A stretch of DNA of 32,591 bases from Nanobdellota archaeon (lineage in GTDB: Archaea; Nanobdellota; Nanobdellia; Woesearchaeales; JAGLGH01). Position 1 is the stretch's first letter. Every line of letters begins with the position of its first letter. The notes under the pieces were generated by a model. The model ran no database searches and had not been told where the DNA came from. It saw nothing but the letters and a program-made list of their open reading frames with translations. A program made the translations under genes and the position numbers. This document shows positions 15,447 to 24,496 of this stretch, piece after piece. Location of the stretch: the NCBI GenBank assembly GCA_034723595.1, contig JAYEPB010000100.1:1-32591 (forward strand), given 5' to 3'.

Positions 15447-16760
15447 TTAATTAGCAATATTAAATGTTATTGTCTGCCAATCTGTATATTCACCATCTGA
15501 TATCTTGATTGTAATTTCCTTTGTGCCCACCCACTGGTCTTCATCTATAATTAGATATGGCAGTTGCGGAACATATTCTATGCTTACATTATCCCCATCT
15601 GGTTCATAATATATCCTATGCTTGCCATAAGGCTCAAGCCAGTTTTTTATTTTATCGCTAAAATTATATATTACATTGCTTCCGGATTGCACAATAAGCA
15701 AGTCCTCATCATTTCCTATGATTGAATCTCCTACCTTTAAGTTAGGCAATTCCAATGAATCAATATAATGCAATGCTGGAGGTCTGTTTGCAATAAGCAG
15801 ATTTAATCTGAATGGGCTTCCGTCAATCAGATAAGAGCTGTCTTCAATCATAATGATATCATCAAATCCAGATGGTCCAATATCCCTCATTATGCCAGCA
15901 ATTCTTGCGCTGCCATATTGTTTTCCAAATGGTGAATTATCAATCATCAGGCATTCGGCATCAAGAATCATCCTGGCAAAAACATGGAGATTGTGCATCC
16001 GGAGAGGGATTCTCACTATGAAATCTTCAATTCGCGTCACATCATTTGTGGCTTTTTTTCTTATATCAAGTGGATAATTTATATCAACTACTGTTGATTT
16101 GTCATGGAAAGTTATATTTGCTGTTATATCGCCTTCACTAACTTCCAGATTTGCAAAATTCTCAAATCCTCTTGTGCATATTTTTATGTTATTTTCAATA
16201 TAATTTTTTAGCTGTTCTTTGATTGTGATAGGATTGGCAGGATCAGACAGACTCTCAAGTGAAGGGAATTTGACATAACCATAAAATCCCTGAAGTATGT
16301 GGGGATGGTTTATGCTCATGCTTGGGAAACTGTGAAAGGGATATTCTGGCATATATATTTTGTAGAAGCCAGTATCTTCTTTTAAAGATTTTTTAATTGT
16401 ATATGCTATATTTGCCTGCTCTGCCTCAATATATTGGTAATCTTCACCCTGTACCTCAAGAGAGAGGGGGATTAATCCGCCATCAACATCAAACAATGTG
16501 CCGCCACTTCGTCCAAACTTAAAAAATGCCTGATTTACCGTCAGGGCAACACAAGATTGAGCAAAATCCTGCAATTGCATGATATCTGCAGGAATCTGTC
16601 TGCTTTCTTCCACTTCTATCTCTGCCTCCTTTTCTCTTGTTTGACTTATCATTGTAAACATAATTAGGAATATGGCTATCAGCACCAGCCCTATTATGAT
16701 GAAAAATGTTATCTGTCCTTTCTGTTTCATTTTGTAATTCTTCCAAATTTTCTCGTTCAT
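15447..16760 (-). CDS. Pilin-like protein (class III signal peptide), 437 aa
   Basis: MNEKIWKNYKMKQKGQITFFIIIGLVLIAIFLIMFTMISQT... AGGA lies 6 nt upstream of ATG 16760, and a GTTTAAATAAA box at about 16788-16798 follows the upstream stop. An alternative start is ATG 16730 (MKQKGQ). Confidence 0.7.
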   Translation of the reverse strand: MNEKIWKNYKMKQKGQITFFIIIGLVLIAIFLIMFTMISQTREKEAEIEVEESRQIPADIMQLQDFAQSCVALTVNQAFFKFGRSGGTLFDVDGGLIPLSLEVQGEDYQYIEAEQANIAYTIKKSLKEDTGFYKIYMPEYPFHSFPSMSINHPHILQGFYGYVKFPSLESLSDPANPITIKEQLKNYIENNIKICTRGFENFANLEVSEGDITANITFHDKSTVVDINYPLDIRKKATNDVTRIEDFIVRIPLRMHNLHVFARMILDAECLMIDNSPFGKQYGSARIAGIMRDIGPSGFDDIIMIEDSSYLIDGSPFRLNLLIANRPPALHYIDSLELPNLKVGDSIIGNDEDLLIVQSGSNVIYNFSDKIKNWLEPYGKHRIYYEPDGDNVSIEYVPQLPYLIIDEDQWVGTKEITIKISDGEYTDWQTITFNIAN

Positions 16761-16802
16761 TTGATATCCTTATCTTCAACTCCCATCTTTATTTAAACTA
16801 TC

Positions 16803-19800
16803 TTATTTGCAGCATAAAGCACAACTACTTAAATAATTTTCAGAATCATAATAATAAGATTGTTCACCCCAATCATCATATTCTGTATATTCTTTAAGAT
16901 AAGAACATTTAATCTGGGAGTCCCGATTACCAATTGTAACATCATCAGTTGCCCCTAGTATTTCAAGTGATTCATAATAATCTGTGATATCCCCGCTTTT
17001 TGAGAGGGTTACCTTAAACATTAGCTCAAAATATGTGTCAGCATCAAGATTAATCCTTTCTTCAAAAGGGTTATTAGTGGATGTTATATCCGGATTGCAA
17101 CCCTCTCCTATGCCAACATTAATTACCCTATCTTCATCAGCAGCACATTGAACATCACTTTCAGAGTCGCATAAAACATAACATTCGTCATATATGAATT
17201 CGCATTCCCCTTGACCATTGCATTCATAATATTTTGATGCGCACGCCCCGCAAGTTCCGCCACACAGATCATCTCCACATTGCTTTCCTAAGCAATCTGG
17301 TATGCATATGCAATCATTATCATAATCCCCACTGGAACATTTTTCATTTAATTCAGTTGAGTAGCCAACGCAGCCAACGCAGCAGCAGCCATTATCATCT
17401 GTACAGCTGCAATCAGGGTCATAATCACAATCAGCCTCATTGCAGATTTTATCGCATCCACAGGATATTGTTTGCGCATAACTGCATTCACCCAGACTGC
17501 ACGAACCTTGCTTATAGCAATTAAAATCTAAACAATAATCTGGGCAGGAAATTTCTATTGACTCACCAAATTCCAGGCACCCATCATCATTATAATCCAT
17601 GCATATCTGATAATGGGTATCATCTATGCATTCCTTTGCTCCATAATATGGACATGTATCTTCACAAATCTTGCAGGCATCATTAAAGCAGCCAGATTCG
17701 CATTGTACTTCACTATAGGCACAATCACCACCACTGCAATATCCTGAATGATAGCTGATATTGTTTTCACAATAATCATTGCACACTAATGCGAAATAAG
17801 GACTCCATTCCATGCAAGAGTCATAGTCATATAATCCGCATGTCTTATACTCCATGCCTGTACCGCATTGCTTTGATCCAAATGCAGTGCATTCATTACT
17901 GCATGTCTCTATGGCGCTTGCATTAATCCTTAATTTGGATGTCAGGTCCTGCCAAATCTCTTCTCCAATCTCATATCTTGAGAATATATAGTAGTTGTTC
18001 CCAGTTTTATTGCAGGCAATAGTTTCACCAGGATTAGTCTGGTATATTTCATTATATTTCTCTACATATTGGCAAATATCAATAGTCTCAAATCCATCAT
18101 AAGTCAATGCTATGAAATTCGTGGGACATGTGTTTGCAGAGCCTGAGTATATGGTATAATCAATAGCTTTACCATATGCAGCAATAAGATGTTTGCCTCC
18201 AGCATGAGTAATGTATATCTTATCAAAGTTCTGCATGTTGTTTATAAAATCAACAGGTATTGCACTCACTTCCCCATATAGCATAGTCTTTGGACCCCAT
18301 CCGATAATCCAGTCTAGCATGGCATCCATCACACCCTTGAGAAGAGGGCTAAAGAAATTAAGCCAATTGTTATTTGGCAGAGAGACAGTAATAAGGGAAT
18401 CTTTATTGAATATGATTGATTCAATATCATGATTATACCACCCTTTTCTATTATCACAGCTGACAAACTTGCCAGATGGCGCATCCTCTTCAGATACTTT
18501 TGCATCCTTGCACAAATTTGCGATTGGGTCACTCATCAGATTTTCTGAATCTATTGGCACATTGTAGCTTGTTCCTATAATAACATTGTCTTCATAACTC
18601 AGTATGCAGACATTATTGATGCAGGGAACTTGATACCCATCCCTGTTACAATTTTCAGGAAGTATATTCTTATATTCAGGAAGAGTCTTGTCATAGTCAT
18701 CGCAGTATAATGTGTACTTTTTTATGCTTTTTTCAGTAGCCATATTAATCATTGCCTGTGCTATCTGTTTTGTTCTGGATGTCCATTCTCCATCCTCACA
18801 ATATCTATCAAGGAAAGAATCTCCGTCTGCAACACAGATTGGTTTATCTGTATCAGTATAGAACTTATCAGGATTATCATTGCTGCCTGAAGATCCAGCC
18901 ATAGTTACCAGGCATTGATCTGCTCTTTGGCAGAATCCAACTTCTTCTTTATCCCAAGCTTCTTTTAGCTCTACTTCCACCCATTCTCCGTCATAGCATC
19001 TGTATCCATAGAAAGTGTCCAGGGTGCTGTCACTGATCTGGTTAGCTACGCAGTTAGTTCCATCCCAGCATTCGTCTACAGGGCAGCATGAACTGCTGCC
19101 AGAAATAGGAGATATACTAGCTGAAAGGTTTGTTTCTGTTATTTCTTTCCATTCACCCCAGTAACTGCAATAGGCATTAGATCCCAATGCTCCAGTTACA
19201 ATAGTGCATCGCTCTTTATCTTTAATAAGCTGTGTATCATTATGGAGGTCTTTTAATTCTAACAAGTATCCTTTGCCAGAATACCTCGCATTTTCTGCTA
19301 TTGCGCATCCAAGGAATTCCCCATTATAATTTATTACTTCTGCTATTTGCGCTCCATCTTCTGTAACATATGTGCCTTTCCTTATCGTTTGGCTCTTCCA
19401 GCATCCTCCATTTCCATCTGGGTCATTATAATATTCTTCTCCATCATCTGCCTCACCGCAGCAAAGGCTGCCAGTCCATATAAGAGGTTCGCCTGCAGGT
19501 GATTTTGCTTCATTGCATGATTCTCCTGTTGGGTCGCGATCATCATCAATATTGTCAAGGTCTGTTTGCAGCTCAGAATAGGTTGTGCAATAGTATGTTA
19601 CACCCCCTGTTTGTATGCTCTCTCCAGTCTCTAATCTTGTCCCTTTTCCAGGACTATAGATTGCGCTTATAGTTGAGTGTGGGTTGTCTTCTCCAGTACA
19701 TTCAGCAATCCTTCCTCTTATGCCATCATCATAACAAAGGAAATGATGCTCTGCGATATTTAATCTTGTTTCTGTAAAGTCAATTAAATTGTCTTGAGGA

Positions 19801-21134
19801 ATTGTTATAGGCTCAGATACAGCTTCATCATGGATTAAGCTATTAGGGGATTTGCAGACATGCCAGTTATTGCCGTCAGACACTGCGCTCTTTCCAAAGC
19901 ATTCAATATCAATTATTCCTCCCTGCGCTCCTTGTGCCATTATCCATTGCCAATAAGTCTCTCCGCTGCCAAAAGGTCCTGCATCCTGGGACTCATATGT
20001 GTCAAAACACACATCTCCTGAATCTACCATGCTGCAGTCATATCCATAATCAGATGTCATTACAAATACCTGAACTTGATCTGTAATATTTTCACCAATT
20101 TCAATAACAGTTGTTTGTGTCTCTCCAATATAAGCGCTGCTTGCTGGAAACATATACCTTTCAATGCTATCTTTATTTAGTTTCCCATTTGATTTATTAC
20201 GAAGATGAAATGTCAATGTAGTGTTTGAACTTATCTTTTCCACGAATTTAAGATTATCAGTTCTATATACTATTGTATGATTTATGTATGTTACTTCTAA
20301 AGACATATCTTCAAATCCCAAACCCTCATCACTTTCTACCTCTGTCATGCCTTTATATATCTCAAGGGTATATGTCTCTTCTGGCTCTGCTGTAAATATT
20401 CCTGTATTGACATAATGACCTGTGCATTGGTCATTCGTATCAATATGGAACATGTAAAGATCACCGTCTTCTGCAACAGTAGCCCCTGCGCTATTTGTTA
20501 TCTTAGCATACAATTCTGTATTATAAAGATAACACCCTTTAAGAATAAATCTCCATGATACTTGTTGGGTTTCCGGTACTTCAAAATCGACTGATTCATG
20601 CTGGATTGCTGTGCCTTCATAATGAAAGTTTACTTTTTTTGATGTAGGGGTCTTATGAATCTCAGGAATGTCTTCTTCATCTATTGTTACTATCACTGAC
20701 CATTCATCTACAAGGATTCCTGAATCATCTCCGCAGCATTCCCCCTCCCCATTGTCAGCATCAGCATTCCAGTCAGAGGCACCACAATCAACATCAGTGC
20801 AAAACTCTTCAATGCTATCATAATCCGAATAGTAAGCATATGTACTTGCATAATCACCATGGGTCCAGAATGTTGTAAGATATATCTTTTCATCATACTG
20901 GCATGGTCTGTCTTCCATTGTGCATTCTGTTGGACAATCTGGAGTATCCTTTCCAGTCTCATCTATGGGGCAGTCTTTCACTAGTGCTCCGCAGCTTGTA
21001 TTTCCATATGCGCAGTCATTTGGATGGATAGAGATTGGCGCATAAACAGAACTGCTTATTAAAATAAGGATTAATAATAAGAACAGAAACAATGATTGCT
21101 TCTTATATGTTATAATGCATACTTTATTTTTCAT
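16803..21134 (-). CDS. Giant (~1443 aa) secreted cysteine-rich protein
   Basis: The ATG at 21134 gives MKNKVCIITYKKQSLFLFLLLILILISSSVYA/PIS, a Sec-type signal peptide, with GAGGA upstream. The track start at 21185 is GTG. CCG(D/E) acidic motifs are present (GECCGDDSG, LCCGEADDGEEYYNDPDGNGGCW). A 247-aa segment near the C-terminus (about 17163-17903) holds ~44 Cys and includes CIPDCLGKQCGDDLCGGTCGAC. No C-terminal TM helix is present. Confidence 0.8.
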   Translation of the reverse strand: MKNKVCIITYKKQSLFLFLLLILILISSSVYAPISIHPNDCAYGNTSCGALVKDCPIDETGKDTPDCPTECTMEDRPCQYDEKIYLTTFWTHGDYASTYAYYSDYDSIEEFCTDVDCGASDWNADADNGEGECCGDDSGILVDEWSVIVTIDEEDIPEIHKTPTSKKVNFHYEGTAIQHESVDFEVPETQQVSWRFILKGCYLYNTELYAKITNSAGATVAEDGDLYMFHIDTNDQCTGHYVNTGIFTAEPEETYTLEIYKGMTEVESDEGLGFEDMSLEVTYINHTIVYRTDNLKFVEKISSNTTLTFHLRNKSNGKLNKDSIERYMFPASSAYIGETQTTVIEIGENITDQVQVFVMTSDYGYDCSMVDSGDVCFDTYESQDAGPFGSGETYWQWIMAQGAQGGIIDIECFGKSAVSDGNNWHVCKSPNSLIHDEAVSEPITIPQDNLIDFTETRLNIAEHHFLCYDDGIRGRIAECTGEDNPHSTISAIYSPGKGTRLETGESIQTGGVTYYCTTYSELQTDLDNIDDDRDPTGESCNEAKSPAGEPLIWTGSLCCGEADDGEEYYNDPDGNGGCWKSQTIRKGTYVTEDGAQIAEVINYNGEFLGCAIAENARYSGKGYLLELKDLHNDTQLIKDKERCTIVTGALGSNAYCSYWGEWKEITETNLSASISPISGSSSCCPVDECWDGTNCVANQISDSTLDTFYGYRCYDGEWVEVELKEAWDKEEVGFCQRADQCLVTMAGSSGSNDNPDKFYTDTDKPICVADGDSFLDRYCEDGEWTSRTKQIAQAMINMATEKSIKKYTLYCDDYDKTLPEYKNILPENCNRDGYQVPCINNVCILSYEDNVIIGTSYNVPIDSENLMSDPIANLCKDAKVSEEDAPSGKFVSCDNRKGWYNHDIESIIFNKDSLITVSLPNNNWLNFFSPLLKGVMDAMLDWIIGWGPKTMLYGEVSAIPVDFINNMQNFDKIYITHAGGKHLIAAYGKAIDYTIYSGSANTCPTNFIALTYDGFETIDICQYVEKYNEIYQTNPGETIACNKTGNNYYIFSRYEIGEEIWQDLTSKLRINASAIETCSNECTAFGSKQCGTGMEYKTCGLYDYDSCMEWSPYFALVCNDYCENNISYHSGYCSGGDCAYSEVQCESGCFNDACKICEDTCPYYGAKECIDDTHYQICMDYNDDGCLEFGESIEISCPDYCLDFNCYKQGSCSLGECSYAQTISCGCDKICNEADCDYDPDCSCTDDNGCCCVGCVGYSTELNEKCSSGDYDNDCICIPDCLGKQCGDDLCGGTCGACASKYYECNGQGECEFIYDECYVLCDSESDVQCAADEDRVINVGIGEGCNPDITSTNNPFEERINLDADTYFELMFKVTLSKSGDITDYYESLEILGATDDVTIGNRDSQIKCSYLKEYTEYDDWGEQSYYYDSENYLSSCALCCK

Positions 21135-21230
21135 AAGATAATTCCTCTTTTTAGTATCCTTGTGTGAAATCCTCTGATATCTCACAAGATATTATAATGT
21201 ATTGCTATACTTGAATATTCATCAAACTGG

Positions 21231-21246
21231 TATTTAAACCTTTCTA
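21231..21246 (-). promoter_or_regulatory. BRE/TATA-like box (AGAAAGG-TTTAAATA) upstream of the second giant gene
   Basis: The reverse complement of 21231-21247 is atagaaaggtttaaata, the same motif class as the other boxes. It implies a ~70-nt leader for ATG 21134, or ~23 nt for GTG 21185. Confidence 0.35.
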
Positions 21247-21353
21247 TAATCTTACCTCCATTCATCGAGTATATCTTATATAATCAAAAACTAAAAACAT
21301 ATGTTTAAATATTTAATAAAAATCTATTCTAACTTGAGCTTTTTACTAAGAAA

Positions 21354-22250
21354 ATGAAAAGAGTAGATATCAAGACAGGATTCTTATGCAATAACAATTG
21401 TAGGTTCTGCATCCAGGCTGACAATAAACTTAAAGGCAATAGGAGTTTTGAAGATATAAAAGAGGATTTGATTGGCTCAAAAGAAAGATGCGAAGGAGTA
21501 GTCTTTACAGGCGGAGAAGTCACAATAAGGAAAGACTTCTTTGATCTTGTCAAATTAGCCAAAGAATTGGGCTATAAGACAATACAGATACAGACAAACG
21601 GAAGGATGTTTGCATCATTGGATTTCTGTAAAAAAACAATTGCTGCTGGCGCAACAGAGTTCAGCCCTGCCTTGCATGGCTATTGCAAAGAACAGCACGA
21701 TTATCTGACTCGTTCCTCTGGCAGTTTCAATCAGACTGTCAAGGGCATCAAAAACCTTAAATCCTTGGACGCTTATGTCCTGACTAACACAGTTGTAGTC
21801 AAGCCAAATTACACAAATCTGCCTCAGATTGCCAGATTGCTAGTTAAACTTAATGCAGACCAGTTTCAGTTCGCATTTGTCCATCCTATGGGGAATGCAT
21901 GGAAAAATTTTAATAACATTGTTCCCCGTATTTCCTTGGCAGCACCCTATATGCATAAAGGCCTGCAGATAGGTGTTGATGCAGGAAAAAGAGTTATGGC
22001 AGAAGCAATGCCCTACTGCCTTATGCAGGGTTATGAGGATTATGTTGCTGAAATAGTGATTCCTGAGACAGAGATAAGGGGGAAGAAATATCAGAATACT
22101 GACCATTTTGATAAACAGAGGAAAGAACAAGGCAAAGCAAAATTCCCTCAATGCAAAAAATGCAAATATGAGGATATATGCGAAGGGCCATGGAGAGAGT
22201 ATCCTGAGAAGCAGGGACACACAGAATTTCAGCCTATTGATGATATTTAA
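21354..22250 (+). CDS. Radical SAM enzyme (COG0535-like) with a C-terminal CxxCx5C motif
   Basis: CNNNCRFC is a CxxxCxxC motif at residues 12-19. GGEVTIRKDF is the SAM-binding GGE motif and IQTNG follows. The C-terminus reads FPQCKKCKYEDICEGPWREY. It is paralogous to the C-terminal half of the next gene. Confidence 0.85.
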   Translation: MKRVDIKTGFLCNNNCRFCIQADNKLKGNRSFEDIKEDLIGSKERCEGVVFTGGEVTIRKDFFDLVKLAKELGYKTIQIQTNGRMFASLDFCKKTIAAGATEFSPALHGYCKEQHDYLTRSSGSFNQTVKGIKNLKSLDAYVLTNTVVVKPNYTNLPQIARLLVKLNADQFQFAFVHPMGNAWKNFNNIVPRISLAAPYMHKGLQIGVDAGKRVMAEAMPYCLMQGYEDYVAEIVIPETEIRGKKYQNTDHFDKQRKEQGKAKFPQCKKCKYEDICEGPWREYPEKQGHTEFQPIDDI

Positions 22251-22382
22251 TAAGAGCCAATGCATCTTATTTTTTGAGGATTATTGCTGTTTAGAATGGA
22301 ATACTTATGGATCCAGGGAAAAATGCGATAAGATTAAGGATACATTTTTATTAAAGCCATATATTTCATATAAGGAAGGGGG

Positions 22383-22402
22383 TAAAAAGTATACTTTTTA
22401 TA
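22383..22402 (+). promoter_or_regulatory. 18-bp perfect palindrome TAAAAAGTATACTTTTTA overlapping a TTTTTATA box ~25 nt upstream of ATG 22421
   Basis: I read the palindrome directly (22383-22400). The TATA-like tttttata lies at 22395-22402, which gives leaderless geometry for the GT-radical SAM gene. Confidence 0.4.
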
Positions 22403-22420
22403 GAATTTCAATGTACAAAA

Positions 22421-24496
22421 ATGAAAATAATGCACATATCACCAATAAGGTGGCATCCTTGTTTTACTGAATTAATAAAAGAGCAGAGTAATGGACATAC
22501 CATACTTTTTGTTAAACTTGATTTGATTGAAAAAGATAAGTCTTATGAGGTTGTCAATGATGCAAGAGATGACTGCATACGAATAAAGAACATTAAAAAA
22601 TGCTGTGATCAGAATTATGATTCTAAGCTCAATATCATATTCAATAACTTGTTGAAGGAACACAAGCCAGATATAATTCATCTGCATGTTTTTTCCGGAA
22701 TAAGCCTGCTCCCGATATTGAATGCAGCCTCAAGCTTGGATATAAAAAAGATATTAACACTTCATGACCATTCTTTATTATGCATTAAAGGTCTATGTTA
22801 TAATCAGGATAACAAATGTGAATTAACTACATTAGCACAGTGTGATTGCCAGGAATGTCTGGAGCACTCATCTAAGAGCAATATCTCATTAAATTCCTAT
22901 AATCAGCGTAGGAAGATGTGGATAGAATCTATCATCAACCAATGTGACAAGATAATCTGTCCATCCAATTATCAGAAAAAGCAGATGACCACTTTATTTG
23001 GCAAAGATGCTAAAATCATATATTTATATTATGGTATTAAGTTGCCTAAATTCAAACAAGAGCAGAAAAAAATTAGCATGCCAGTTTTTGGATATTTAGG
23101 CACAACATCATGGATAAAGGGAATTAGATTAATAGAAGAAGCTATTAAAAAATTAAAAGGTTATGATTTTCGCATATTAATGGGATTCAGCAAATTGAGC
23201 AATCAAGATAACGCATTTTTTAAGAAAATTGACAAAAACAATGAAATTATAATTAAACAGGATATATCCAGAAATGCTTTATATCATCAGTTCTTCAGCC
23301 AAATAGATTACCTGATAATACCTTCAATCTGGAATGAGACTGGACCAATGACTTTATTGGAGTCATTTTATTATAAGGTACCTGTAATTCTATCTAATAA
23401 TGAAAGCATGGTGGAAAAGATAAGAGGGAATAAAAGTTCTATGGTCTTTAATAGCATTGATGAATTAGTTCTCATCATGAAACAGATTATCAATGGAGAT
23501 ATAAAAAAAGAAGAAAAAGATTTGTTTGCTGCCAAGAATATTGCCCAGTATTCTGAAGAGATAATTGAAATATATAAAGATGTGATGGCAGCTAAACAAA
23601 AAGGTTTATTTCTAAAACTTGGATATGAATGCAACAATAATTGCATTTTCTGTGTTACAGGCGATAATCACCCTAGAAAATTCATAGATCTTGAAATAAT
23701 TAAAGAAACTTTAAGAAAAAACAGGGGTAAATTCAATTCATTGGTCTTAACTGGAGGAGAACCAACAATCAGGAAGGATTTTTTTAAGATTTTAGACCTT
23801 GCTTATAGGCTGGGATATAAGATATTATTACAGACAAATGCAAGAATTTTCTCATATGAAACATTTTGTGATAACCTTAAAGGCTATAATTTAAAATTCA
23901 GCATTAATGTGAATTCTCCTGATTTCAGGATTCATGATGAAACTACTGGAGTAAAAGGCAGTTTTGCCCAGACTATCAAAGGCATTCAAAATCTACAAAA
24001 ACATGATTTTGAGATATTGGGCAAAATAATGCTGACACGCATCAATTATAGGCATGTTCTGGAAACTGTGAAATTTATAGCGCAGCTTGGGATTAGGGAT
24101 ATATGGCTTGTTTTTTTGACACCTTACGGCTCAGCTAAGATTAATTTTAATGATGTTATACCTGGATATTCGCAAGTCATGCCTTTTGTAAATCAAGCGC
24201 TTTTATGGGCAAAAGAGAACAGCAATATAAAGATGGGCATTGAAGGATTCCCTTATTGCTGCATAAATCAGGAATTCAGGCAATTAGTGACAGAAGAGAA
24301 CTTCAATAAAGATTCCCTGCAGGGCATATATGCTGGAGATGACAATTATGAGTATAATTGCAAATATGAAAGAGTTTTCACCCAAAAACAGAAGTTTGAC
24401 AACTGCAATGAATGCAGATATAATAATAAATGCGAAGGAATATATAAAGAGTATGTTAAGCATAATGGTAAAGGGGAATTTAAACCTATAAAATGA
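22421..24496 (+). CDS. Fusion protein: GT4-type (GT-B) glycosyltransferase (N-terminal ~390 aa) + radical SAM domain (C-terminal ~300 aa)
   Basis: The GT part contains MKIMHISP..., HKPDIIHLH, LTLHDHSLLC with a Cys-rich insert (CDCQEC), and PSIWNETGPMTLLESFYYKVPVI (the E-x7-E region). The radical SAM part contains GYECNNNCIFC, LTGGEPTIRKDFF, LLQTNA and a C-terminal FDNCNECRYNNKCEGIYKEY. Confidence 0.8.
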   Translation: MKIMHISPIRWHPCFTELIKEQSNGHTILFVKLDLIEKDKSYEVVNDARDDCIRIKNIKKCCDQNYDSKLNIIFNNLLKEHKPDIIHLHVFSGISLLPILNAASSLDIKKILTLHDHSLLCIKGLCYNQDNKCELTTLAQCDCQECLEHSSKSNISLNSYNQRRKMWIESIINQCDKIICPSNYQKKQMTTLFGKDAKIIYLYYGIKLPKFKQEQKKISMPVFGYLGTTSWIKGIRLIEEAIKKLKGYDFRILMGFSKLSNQDNAFFKKIDKNNEIIIKQDISRNALYHQFFSQIDYLIIPSIWNETGPMTLLESFYYKVPVILSNNESMVEKIRGNKSSMVFNSIDELVLIMKQIINGDIKKEEKDLFAAKNIAQYSEEIIEIYKDVMAAKQKGLFLKLGYECNNNCIFCVTGDNHPRKFIDLEIIKETLRKNRGKFNSLVLTGGEPTIRKDFFKILDLAYRLGYKILLQTNARIFSYETFCDNLKGYNLKFSINVNSPDFRIHDETTGVKGSFAQTIKGIQNLQKHDFEILGKIMLTRINYRHVLETVKFIAQLGIRDIWLVFLTPYGSAKINFNDVIPGYSQVMPFVNQALLWAKENSNIKMGIEGFPYCCINQEFRQLVTEENFNKDSLQGIYAGDDNYEYNCKYERVFTQKQKFDNCNECRYNNKCEGIYKEYVKHNGKGEFKPIK

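Noticed and set aside
4538-21185. Diversity-generating retroelement targeting the giant surface proteins (common in DPANN/CPR)
   Set aside because: No reverse transcriptase gene is in the window. I saw no ~100-bp template/variable repeat pair with adenine-specific mismatches. The only long exact repeat is the 49-bp duplication at 8103/8263.
21329-22265. Minus-strand ORFs 21329..21562 and 21840..22265
   Set aside because: They are antisense to the radical SAM CDS, which has canonical CxxxCxxC and GGE motifs. They have no supporting signals.
22108-22470. 120-aa plus-strand ORF spanning the end of the radical SAM gene and the start of the GT-rSAM gene
   Set aside because: Its first 45 codons overlap the well-supported radical SAM CDS out of frame. 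Only the 76-codon part from ATG 22240 is mentioned as a low-probability candidate in the findings.
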